Assembly: GCA_046563655.1 (NCBI GenBank)
Contig: CM102287.1
Coordinates: 3,162,001 to 3,226,000 of the forward strand
Direction of reading: 5' to 3'
Length of the DNA: 64,000 nucleotides
DNA from: Yuukianura sp. NJ FZ-2021
Taxonomy: Eukaryota
The position numbers and the translations under genes are program-made. Below the pieces are notes generated by a model. That model was not told where the DNA came from, ran no database searches, and was given only the letters and a program-made list of their open reading frames with translations. Of the stretch, positions 49,932 to 61,025 are shown piece by piece; within the stretch, counting starts at the first letter, position 1; each line of letters opens with the position of its first letter.

Positions 49932-50372
49932 CTTGTCACAACTTTGGATCGCCAAAGGTCAAAGGTAAATCCGTTAATTTCCGAATCATCTTACATCCCT
50001 AGCCAATTACCTAACATAACTTCGTCTTAAAAGCAATACGAAGTTGTAAATTGACCTAACATAATCAACTGTCACCACTGTCACTAAAAATGAAAAATGA
50101 AGGCTCTTGGCACCGCGCCGTTGGACTTCTCCGAGCCAACTGAAAGTTGAAACTGGTGCAGCAGTGGTGAAGAGTACACTCTTCATCGTGTGTAAAAAGA
50201 TATTCTTAGACGCTCACAACTTTAGCTATCTATTTCAAAAAAAAAAAGTTGAGTATGTTCTCAATGCTGTCTGCGTCACACGTAACTAAACCCGAAAGAC
50301 ACAAAGTGTCAGGTCACGGACAAAAACGGTGACCTTTGAAAAGATCATAAAGCATTAAGACTTTTACTTTGA

Positions 50373-50941
50373 TTATTTACCAGCAGCGATTAGTTTCTCA
50401 GCATGGATCAAGTTCATCTGTACACTTTCTCGGGGAACTTTAGCTAAACGTTTTTCTCTAAATGCTGCTGCTGAAGAGATTCGATCTGTCTTCAGTTCGG
50501 ATACTGTAGTGACTTCAATGTTCAAGTCCTTGTAGACCTTGCGGTGTTTAGCTTTCGGAAGTTCCGGTGCTGGTGCAGCATCTTCAGTAGGCATTGACCT
50601 TTGTCTTGTTATCGTAGGATCAGCAAGTTCTGCTCGCAGTTTGTCCAGAATACTTGCGGATGTCGTATCTTCTTTTCTTCGTCTCCTTTCAGCCTGAAAC
50701 ACAAACGTGCAAATGTGAATTCAATAGACAAATTGAAAATATTTACCAAATTTCAAGTAGTTACCTTCTGTGCCTTTTGAGCAATGAATGCCTCCTCCCT
50801 CATTTTCCGTTTCAGTTTTGCATGTTGCTTTTCCAGTTTCTTCTGCACGTTTACCAACTGCCGTTCCTTCTCAAATTCCAGTTTGGCTGTATTGAACGAT
50901 ACTTGCTCTGGAGCGTCTTCGGAGTCCGAGTCTGAGGACAT
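50373..50941 (-). CDS. NOL7-like nucleolar protein
   Basis: MSSDSDSEDAPEQVSF...KLKRKMREEAFIAQK resembles the NOL7 EAPEELTF...KRKRREELFIEQK motif; two exons. Confidence 0.6.
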
Positions 50942-51599
50942 TATGCGTCAATTGAGTAAGTGAACTTGGGAGTTAATTGAATAATTAACAAATTAACCAA
51001 GGGCCGACGCCGACAGAGAGAGAAAAACAACGGACAGGACAGGACACAGGACAAGAAACAAATTTCAAATTTTTTTGTTGAAGAAAAAATTAAAAACACA
51101 TGTTAAGAATTTGAAATTCTAGTTTGCCGCGCTTTTGTTCTTGTTTACAAATCGAAAAATGTGAATGAATCGGTTGAAGTTCAACATAACCAACACTATT
51201 GTATCCCAAGTTCAATTTCAGCTGAATTTTTCAAAATACCAATTCCTCTAAAAGTAAGAGTAAATGGTAATTTTTCAAAGGCTTATCTTCTCTAAACTCG
51301 CGAAGGTTCTATGGGCACTAACTGTGGGCATCTCAGTTCTCCCTATCTCATACCTGGGGGCACATTTTAGTTAAAGTTAGGGTACTGAGCGACCAAAACT
51401 AACTACAGATTCGTAATCAGCGTAAAAACTGAGTCAATTGACATTGTTATCTCAATTAAACGAGCTTGGCGAGTTTCGAGAAGCAGTTCATTTTCAAAAT
51501 TCTGCCACGTCAAAAAGTTAGAAAACAGGTGAATTTTTTCCGAGAAAAACATTTCGAGACGTTAGAGTCCGCGTGAATTTTCCATTCCATTCTATACCA

Positions 51600-52205
51600 A
51601 AAAATTCCATTTTTTTCACTCAAAACTCCCCAAAAAGTCATTTGGGCTATCTGAGAAGTGAAAATTGCATTCCCATATTATGCTTCCGAAAGCCCATCTG
51701 AAGTGAACGAAGCTCAACTTTTGTCAAAAAATCTCTTTTTTTCATTGAAAACTCCCCAAAAAGTCATTCTGAGCATTCTGAGAACTGAAAATTGCACACC
51801 GATATTTTGCCTCAGAAAGCCCATCTGAAGTGAACCAAGCTCAATTTTTGTCAAAAAATCTTTTTTTTTCATTGAAAACTCCCCAAGAAGTCATTCTGAG
51901 CTTTCTGAGAACTGAAAATTGCACTCCGATATTTTGTCTCGGAAAGCCCATCTGAAGTGAACCAAGCTCAATTTTTGTCAAAAAATTCATTTGTTTCATT
52001 GAAAACTCCCCAAAAAGTCATTCTGAGCTTTGTGAGAACTGAAAATTGCACTCCGATATTTTGCCTCGGAAAGCCCATCTGAAGTGAACCAAGCTCAATT
52101 TTTGTCAAAAAATCTTTTTTTTTCATTCAAACCTCCCCCAAAAGGCCATTCTGAGCTTTGTGAGAACTGAAAATTGCACTCCGATATTTTGCCTCGGAAA
52201 GCCCA
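51600..52205. repeat. 127-bp tandem repeat (about 4.7 copies), cut by the LTR insertion
   Basis: gcccat anchors at 51692, 51819, 51946, 52073 and 52201. Confidence 0.9.
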
Positions 52206-52685
52206 TGAGATGGGTGGATGAATGTAGTGATATACAAAAACTGAGAAGATGATTTTGAGTTCCTTTATTGTTACCACTTTCCAAGGAGGAGGGCACAATA
52301 CAAGGCAAAACTTAACTTAACTCGAGAGAGTTAGACTTGACCCCAGTGGGTCCGACTTAGAACAATAGTAGGGTCGAGTGACCACTACTGGAGAGAAACA
52401 CAATTGGCTCGAGTGAGCAAGAGAAGAGAGGGAAGGTATCGCAGCGAGTGCTGGATGACAACTTAAAGTTAAAACTAAACTAACTATGGTTTGAGTGGAT
52501 TCCGCCTCCACTCACCTCCTTGAGAATGGCCACGTCACCTCCGGTGAGGTTGACACTTTGTCGTCTCTCAAGGCAATAAGTGGAGTCGGAAGACCACCAT
52601 GAGTACAGTGTACTTATACTAAACTAGAGTGAAGGTCACACATAGAGGAAGGGAGATTGGTGAATCTCCACTTGATTCCTCAACA
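52206..52685 (-). repeat. 3' LTR (480 bp, TG...CA)
   Basis: Minus strand TGTTGAGG...CCCATCTCA, preceded by polypurine tract GGGGGCAGAA (52695-52686). Confidence 0.93.
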
Positions 52686-54904
52686 TTCTGCCCCCATTGA
52701 GCGATGAGCTCAATTACGGGATCAAAACGTTATGGAATCAGACGTCAAGGGTCATAGAGATCCACCAACTCAAATGAAAAGGATAGTTCTATAGCTATAG
52801 ATAAGCCTATACCAGATAATAAAGAAATTAAATTTTGTGCAAATTTTTAACCAATTACTCTGGATCTTGTGCACGGTGGATTTTTGTGAAATTTTGCAGG
52901 AAGGTAACCTAAGGTGTCTACTATCTAAGAAAATTAACGGTGTACCGTGGCGGTGCCAAATTTTTGCTTAGTCAGTAAATTTAGGGAGAACCAACAAACC
53001 GAATTTTCACACTATAGCATATACTAGGACTTAGCTCTAAGACTATACTATAGTATACTTAATCTACAAGATGACCTAATTATACAAAAGTTTGACGAAA
53101 TACCCAGAGGACGGTGCACGACCGATTTTTCTGAAACTTGGTGGGTAGCTAGCGTTAAGGGTCTAGTGTATGAGAAAATTAATGACTTGCTGTGGCGGTC
53201 ACGAAAAGTTACATTTTCACCCTAACTTAGTCGGTTGGTTGGAGAAGTGGAGCAATCTTCGAAATAGGGCGTTGAAGGGTCCCAGTGGCTGTCTTCAGGG
53301 AGACGACTCGAACCAGTCCATCACTGCCGGGGTGAGTTTCGGACACTCTCGCCATTTTCCACTTCAAGAGGGGAAGTTGGTCGTCTCGGATCAGCACCAA
53401 GTCTCCAACCTGCACATTTGCCGTCTGCCTCTTCCATTTGTAGCGCTGCTGCAACGAAGTCAGGTACTCAGCACTCCAACGTCGCCAGAAATGCTGGAAC
53501 ATCTGGGTCACATGTTGCCACCTCGTCAGGCGATTGACTCGCTGCTGGGTGACATCGTTCTCGGGAAGAGCGGTAAGTGGCTGTCCAATCAGCAGATGAC
53601 CTGGCGTCAGCACGTTGTCGTCCAGTGGGTCATTTGAAAAAGCACACAGCGGTCTAGAGTTGAGTGCGGCCTCGACCTAACCTAACCTAACAAAGTCCAG
53701 AATTCCTCGAGGGTGAGGGTGCTTTGTCCAACAACCCGACGAAGGTGGTACTTTGCACTCTTTACTCCAGCTTCCCAAAGGCCGCCTTGATGAGGTGCTC
53801 CTGGTGGAATGAAGTGCCATCGAATTGACTTGTCTGTCAAGTAGTGGTGAACTTCGTCCTTCTTTGCGATGTCCATGAACTCACGAAGCTCCCTCTCGGC
53901 TCCCACAAAGTTTGTTCCATTGTCGGAATGGATGTCGGATGGAATCCCACGGCGGGATACAAACCGACGGAGAACTGCGAGGAATGCTGGAGTTGAAAGT
54001 TCGGTGACTGGCTCAAGATGAACTGCCTTAGAGGCGAAGCAAACGAAGAGACACATGTAAGCCTTGAACTGCTTTCTGCCTCTTCCCTTGGTGACTTGAA
54101 TGGTGTAAGGGCCTGCAAAGTCAACTCCAACGGCTTGGAATCCACGGGATGGGATGACTCGGGCTGAAGGAAGAGATCCCATCAGTTGGTTGATCTTGTC
54201 AGCTCGAAATCTTCGGCATACCACGCATCTTCGGATGATTGTACGAATGACATTTCGAGCACGAGGAATTCAGTACTTCCTGCGGAGCTCAGCCCAAAGT
54301 AGTTGAAATCCCGCATGAAGTAAGTCCGAGTGGAGATCTTCGACTATCAGCTTCGTGACGTAATGATTTGCGGGAAGAATGATTTGATGTTTAGTGGTGT
54401 CGCTCAGAGCCGAATGCTGGAGTCTGCCCCCGACTCGAAGTAACCCAGTTTCCTTGTCCACAAATGGATTCGACGCTAGGAGAGTGCTCGAGTGAGAAAT
54501 CTCGTTCTTTTGTCCAAGTTGGCTGATTTCAGTGTTGTAGGACTCTCCTTGTGTTTGGCGATGGATGATGAGCAGTGCCCATCGCAATTCTGGAATGGTG
54601 AGGTGACCGGTCAGTCGCTTGTCCTTTTGTTTGCTGGAATTCCTGGCGAATCTGAGCACAAGAGCGACAACACGATTGCGAACCTTGAGTTTTGAAAGCC
54701 GAGTGGCAATGAAGAATGACATCGGAGGTCGTGAGGGAACGAAGGGGTTCCGCTTCTTCTCCTCGAAGTCCTTGGCTGAGATCTCCTTCTGTGGAGTCTG
54801 GAACAATGCTGTGGTGTGGAGTTTGAGCCATGGCGGTCCTTCCCACCACATGTCATGATCAAGAAGTTCTGCCGCTGTGACCCCACGTGAGGCGCAGTCG
54901 GCTG

Positions 54905-55235
54905 CAGGGAGGAAAACCCCGTATGGAGCTATGGGTGTTTCACCCCGTCCAGGCGCGAAGCGCCTGGACCACCCCCCCACCCCCTTGCCAACGTTTTCGG
55001 TAAAATTCCTACAAAAACTAGCGCGAAATGGCAGTTTGGTACCTAAAAATCTAAATTTTATTGCGTCTTTGGCTCAAATACATCGATTTTAAGCCGAAAT
55101 CCGCATCCAAACCGCGTTTTTGTTTCGAAAAACTAAAAATTTCATGCGTTTTTGAGGGTGCCAAGTACCCCCCCCCCACCCCCCTGCAAATCTCGGCGAC
55201 CACCCCCTCCAAAATTTTTGAGGTTTTCCTCCCTG
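54905..55235. mobile_element. hAT-type MITE (331 bp) nested in the retrotransposon pol region
   Basis: Perfect 14-bp TIR CAGGGAGGAAAACC; 8-bp TSD gtcggctg (54897-54904 and 55236-55243); splits the conserved NPADCASRG motif. Confidence 0.92.
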
Positions 55236-57982
55236 GTCGGCTGGATTCAGTGCTGATGGAACATATTTCCCTGATTCGGTTGGGATGATTTCTTGGATAA
55301 CTGCAATCCGGTTGGCAACGAAAGTTTCGAAGCGTCGAGACTTGCAACTTATCCATCGAAGGACGATCTCGGAATCGGTCCAAGTGTGAATCTTGAATTG
55401 AGCATCAAGAGTAGTTTTGAGAGCGTTGATCAGTTTTGCAAGCAGCATGGTGCTGCACAGTTCAAGTCTGGAGATTGAGAGCCTTCGGAAGAGTAACTTG
55501 ACAGAGATTGTCCTTGAAGTTAGGAAGCTGAGAGGGTCGGATTCCCTTGACATCTCCGAGAGGACATGTCGCTTGGTGACCTTGGATGATGTCTTCCGCC
55601 GAAACCCTGTAAGGACGAAAGAGTCCTTAGTGGAGATTCCAAGTACCTTCTGAAGTGTGGAGGATGAGGCTTCAATGGTCCTATTTCTCTCCTTCATGGT
55701 GGCTGGGATGTGGTCCAGTACAGCATTTGAGTCGGAGTCCCACTTCCGGAGTTCCAGTTTGGCGGACTCAGATATGGCGGTGAGTTGCTTCTGGACTTCA
55801 ACAGTTCCTTCTGTGGTAGGATCGGAACACAGGACTTCATCTGCACTGCAATGGTTTTGAAGTACCTCTGCTCCCGGTGGATCCATGGATCCTTCACCTT
55901 CAATGTCCAATGCGTCCAGCAGGGAGACCTGATGAACCCGAATGACATGAACTTGAGCATGTTGTGATGACACGGAGCCACCAATGGTCCACCCAAGACG
56001 AGTGCTGAGTGCAGAAGGAGTTCCAGGTGGGCCATCAATCTTCTGTCCAGTGACCAAAGCGAAGAAACAGGAAACGTCCAGGATCATGTCCACTTCTCCT
56101 GGTGTGTGGAGTTTGGATCCGCCAGTTGCAGCCTTTTGAGGTGGGACCAGGTTGATGTGTCCAGCGGTTGGTCTGGTTGAGGGGTCGTGACCTTTGGCAT
56201 GATGATAGCAGCAACAGAGAACTGATAGGCCCCATCATGTGAAGTCAAAGTGAGCGTCGTGACTCCTGTGCTCTGGCCAACGTACGTGTCACCAACTCCA
56301 TAGATGTGAGGTTCGTTCCTGGAGCGAGGTAGTCCAAGTCGACGAACACAAGCTTCGCTGATAAGATTGCCTTGAGCTCCAGAATCCAGAAAGACACGAA
56401 CCCAGGAATCAGTCCCATGCTTGTTTTTAGCCTTCACCATGGCAGTGGCCAGCAGAGGTAGAGATGAAGACAAGCCGCTTATGACTGCAGAGTTGATGGT
56501 GGCAGAAGCTGAAGAGGCTTCAGGAAGGAATTCGGTGCCACCAGGAACAAATGAAGATGTGATTGGAGGTGGAGCAGTATTGTAGGACGGAGAGCCCTTT
56601 CCACCCCTCTGAGTATCATGAAGAAGCGTATGATGCTTCTTCTGACACTGGCGGCATCGAGATGTAGAGTTGCATTCTTTCGTGAAGTGCCCTGGCGAAA
56701 AACAAGAGTAGCAGAGACGCTTCTGGGTCACGAACTTCTGGCGATCAGCAATTGTTTGCTGATTGAAGTCCGGACACTTGTAGATGGGGTGCCTTTCCTT
56801 GCCACAACACAAACAGTTCTTAGAAGCAGGAGTCCCTTCAGTCACATGATGAACACGATGGTTGTCAGAGGGACGAGCGTTGACCTTAGAGATGGACTGA
56901 AGGCTGCGGATCCTGACCTCTAAGAAGTCCGTCAAGTCCTTGAACTTAGGCATCTTGTTGTCCGCTGGAAGAACCTTGCCCCACTCTTTTCTTGTCTCCA
57001 TGTCCAGCTTCTCCAAGATAAGATAGACGAGAAGGTCGTCCCAATCTTCAACCTCTCTTTTGAGGACCTTGAGTGACCTCAAAGCCTCTGTCACGGTGTC
57101 GATAAGGCGCTGGAGCGACGTGGCACTGTCAGAGGTCACTGACTTGGGTTCAGTAATCCTACGAATCAAGGAAAGGACAATTCGCGAGTGTTTTCATACC
57201 TTTTGATGACCTCTTGCCACGCCTCTTCAAACTGACCCTCAGCAACAGCGTAGTTTCGAATTTGAAGGGCAGCATCTCCTTTCAGCGATGACTTGAGATA
57301 CGACATCTTGAAAACACTGCTGAGGTCATCGTTGTTGACGACAATAGCAGAGAACAAGTCACGGAAACTAACCCAGTCTTCATGTTTTCCGTCAAAGGTC
57401 GGAAGGTCAACTTTTGGCAACTTCACAGAGGGCGTTTTTGTAGCACCAATCACTGACGAGTTCAAAACACTGGTATTCATGGATGCTGGTGGAAGTGAAG
57501 CTCTGGCGGCTGCTTCCGCTTTGGCAGCGGTGTCTTCTAACAACCCTTTTGCCGTAAACAATGCACGAAAACAAGAAGTAATTATTTCCTGACCTTTACT
57601 GATGGTGGATTTGCAATCCGCAAGTGCTTGATCATCCTTGATGACAGACATAGCCAGAAGAACCTCCCTCTCCCAAGATGAAAACTTTGTCTTGAGGTCA
57701 GTGATCAGCATTTCTTTTAGTGGAACATCAACTGACACTACCTTTTTCCAATCCTTGAACTCCTTGTTGTAGAGGTCCTGAATTTGGTCAAAAGTGGCTT
57801 TGAGTCCAAACTGAGCCCACTCAAACAACACTGGTGGTTCTTGAAGGTGACCTTCAGATGACTCGTCAGATGACCCCTTACTTGTAGATTGTTTTCTTGT
57901 CGCCATTTTTCTGTTGACGAACTTTCAGTTATTGTCACAAACACTTTCACACCCTTTGAAGTAGTTTCGGGAGAGTTCCCGG

Positions 57983-57994
57983 CGTTGGGCGCCA
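57983..57994 (-). promoter_or_regulatory. Primer-binding site, complementary to the tRNA-Lys(CUU) 3' end
   Basis: TGGCGCCCAACG, 1 nt after the LTR end; repeated at 63773-63784. Confidence 0.8.
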
Positions 57995-57995
57995 A

Positions 57996-58475
57996 TGAGA
58001 TGGGTGGATGACTGTAGTGATGTACAAAAACTGAGAAGATGATTTTGAGTTCCTTTATTGTTACCACTTTCCAAGGAGGAGGGCACAATACAAGGCAAAA
58101 CTTAACTTAACTCGAGAGAGTTAGACTTGACCCCAGTGGGTCCGACTTAGAACAATAGTAGGGTCGAGTGACCACTACTGGAGAGAAACACAATTGGCTC
58201 GAGTGAGCAAGAGAAGAGAGGGAAGGTATCGCAGCGAGTGCTGGATGACAACTTAAAGTTAAAACTAAACTAACTATGGTTTGAGTGGATTCCGCCTCCA
58301 CTCACCTCCTTGAGAATGGCCACGTCACCTCCGGTGAGGTTGACACTTTGTCGTCTCTCAAGGCAATAAGTGGAGTCGGAAGACCACCATGAGTACAGTG
58401 TACTTATACTAAACTAGAGTGAAGGTCACACATAGAGGAAGGGAGATTGGTGAATCTCCACTTGATTCCTCAACA
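57996..58475 (-). repeat. Shared middle LTR
   Basis: Has the PPT on one side and the PBS on the other. Confidence 0.93.
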
Positions 58476-60694
58476 TTCTGCCCCCATTGAGCGATGAGCT
58501 CAATTACGGGATCAAAACGTTATGGAATCAGACGTCAAGGGTCATAGAGATCCACCAACTCAAATGAAAAGGATAGTTCTATAGCTATAGATAAGCCTAT
58601 ACCAGATAATAAAGAAATTAAATTTTGTGCAAATTTTTAACCAATTACTCTGGATCTTGTGCACGGTGGATTTTTGTGAAATTTTGCAGGAAGGTAACCT
58701 AAGGTGTCTACTATCTAAGAAAATTAACGGTGTACCGTGGCGGTGCCAAATTTTTGCTTAGTCAGTAAATTTAGGGAGAACCAACAAACCGAATTTTCAC
58801 ACTATAGCATATACTAGGACTTAGCTCTAAGACTATACTATAGTATACTTAATCTACAAGATGACCTAATTATACAAAAGTTTGACGAAATACCCAGAGG
58901 ACGGTGCACGACCGATTTTTCTGAAACTTGGTGGGTAGCTAGCGTTAAGGGTCTAGTGTATGAGAAAATTAATGACTTGCTGTGGCGGTCACGAAAAGTT
59001 ACATTTTCACCCTAACTTAGTCGGTTGGTTGGAGAAGTGGAGCAATCTTCGAAATAGGGCGTTGAAGGGTCCCAGTGGCTGTCTTCAGGGAGACGACTCG
59101 AACCAGTCCATCACTGCCGGGGTGAGTTTCGGACACTCTCGCCATTTTCCACTTCAAGAGGGGAAGTTGGTCGTCTCGGATCAGCACCAAGTCTCCAACC
59201 TGCACATTTGCCGTCTGCCTCTTCCATTTGTAGCGCTGCTGCAACGAAGTCAGGTACTCAGCACTCCAACGTCGCCAGAAATGCTGGAACATCTGGGTCA
59301 CATGTTGCCACCTCGTCAGGCGATTGACTCGCTGCTGGGTGACATCGTTCTCGGGAAGAGCGGTAAGTGGCTGTCCAATCAGCAGATGACCTGGCGTCAG
59401 CACGTTGTCGTCCAGTGGGTCATTTGAAAAAGCACACAGCGGTCTAGAGTTGAGTGCGGCCTCGACCTAACCTAACCTAACAAAGTCCAGAATTCCTCGA
59501 GGGTGAGGGTGCTTTGTCCAACAACCCGACGAAGGTGGTACTTTGCACTCTTTACTCCAGCTTCCCAAAGGCCGCCTTGATGAGGTGCTCCTGGTGGAAT
59601 GAAGTGCCATCGAATTGACTTGTCTGTCAAGTAGTGGTGAACTTCGTCCTTCTTTGCGATGTCCATGAACTCACGAAGCTCCCTCTCGGCTCCCACAAAG
59701 TTTGTTCCATTGTCGGAATGGATGTCGGATGGAATCCCACGGCGGGATACAAACCGACGGAGAACTGCGAGGAATGCTGGAGTTGAAAGTTCGGTGACTG
59801 GCTCAAGATGAACTGCCTTAGAGGCGAAGCAAACGAAGAGACACATGTAAGCCTTGAACTGCTTTCTGCCTCTTCCCTTGGTGACTTGAATGGTGTAAGG
59901 GCCTGCAAAGTCAACTCCAACGGCTTGGAATCCACGGGATGGGATGACTCGGGCTGAAGGAAGAGATCCCATCAGTTGGTTGATCTTGTCAGCTCGAAAT
60001 CTTCGGCATACCACGCATCTTCGGATGATTGTACGAATGACATTTCGAGCACGAGGAATTCAGTACTTCCTGCGGAGCTCAGCCCAAAGTAGTTGAAATC
60101 CCGCATGAAGTAAGTCCGAGTGGAGATCTTCGACTATCAGCTTCGTGACGTAATGATTTGCGGGAAGAATGATTTGATGTTTAGTGGTGTCGCTCAGAGC
60201 CGAATGCTGGAGTCTGCCCCCGACTCGAAGTAACCCAGTTTCCTTGTCCACAAATGGATTCGACGCTAGGAGAGTGCTCGAGTGAGAAATCTCGTTCTTT
60301 TGTCCAAGTTGGCTGATTTCAGTGTTGTAGGACTCTCCTTGTGTTTGGCGATGGATGATGAGCAGTGCCCATCGCAATTCTGGAATGGTGAGGTGACCGG
60401 TCAGTCGCTTGTCCTTTTGTTTGCTGGAATTCCTGGCGAATCTGAGCACAAGAGCGACAACACGATTGCGAACCTTGAGTTTTGAAAGCCGAGTGGCAAT
60501 GAAGAATGACATCGGAGGTCGTGAGGGAACGAAGGGGTTCCGCTTCTTCTCCTCGAAGTCCTTGGCTGAGATCTCCTTCTGTGGAGTCTGGAACAATGCT
60601 GTGGTGTGGAGTTTGAGCCATGGCGGTCCTTCCCACCACATGTCATGATCAAGAAGTTCTGCCGCTGTGACCCCACGTGAGGCGCAGTCGGCTG

Positions 60695-61025
60695 CAGGGA
60701 GGAAAACCCCGTATGGAGCTATGGGTGTTTCACCCCGTCCAGGCGCGAAGCGCCTGGACCACCCCCACCCCTTGCCAACGTTTTCGGTAAAATTCCTACA
60801 AAAACTAGCGCGAAATGGCAGTTTGGTACCTAAAAATCTAAATTTTATTGCGTCTTTGGCTCAAATACATCGATTTTAAGCCGAAATCCGCATCCAAACC
60901 GCGTTTTTGTTTCGAAAAACTAAAAATTTCATGCGTTTTTGAGGGTGCCAAGTACTCTTCCCCCCCCACCCCCCTGCAAATCTCGGCGACCACCCCCTCC
61001 AAAATTTTTGAGGTTTTCCTCCCTG
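60695..61025. mobile_element. Same hAT-type MITE in copy 2
   Basis: Identical TIR and TSD; differs only around the C-runs. Confidence 0.92.

Larger units (their letters stand above)
52206..58475 (-). mobile_element. BEL/Pao LTR retrotransposon, decayed, copy 1
   Basis: LTRs 52206-52685 and 57996-58475. Gag (LPTFDG...W.SFRDLF, Cys-His knuckles), protease FLDSGA, RNase H remnant (RLELC...WTDSEIVL), integrase (GVDFAGP, SDNGTNF, GGLWE) and C-terminal FWRRWSAEYL domain. Frameshifts and a stop are present. Confidence 0.95.
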
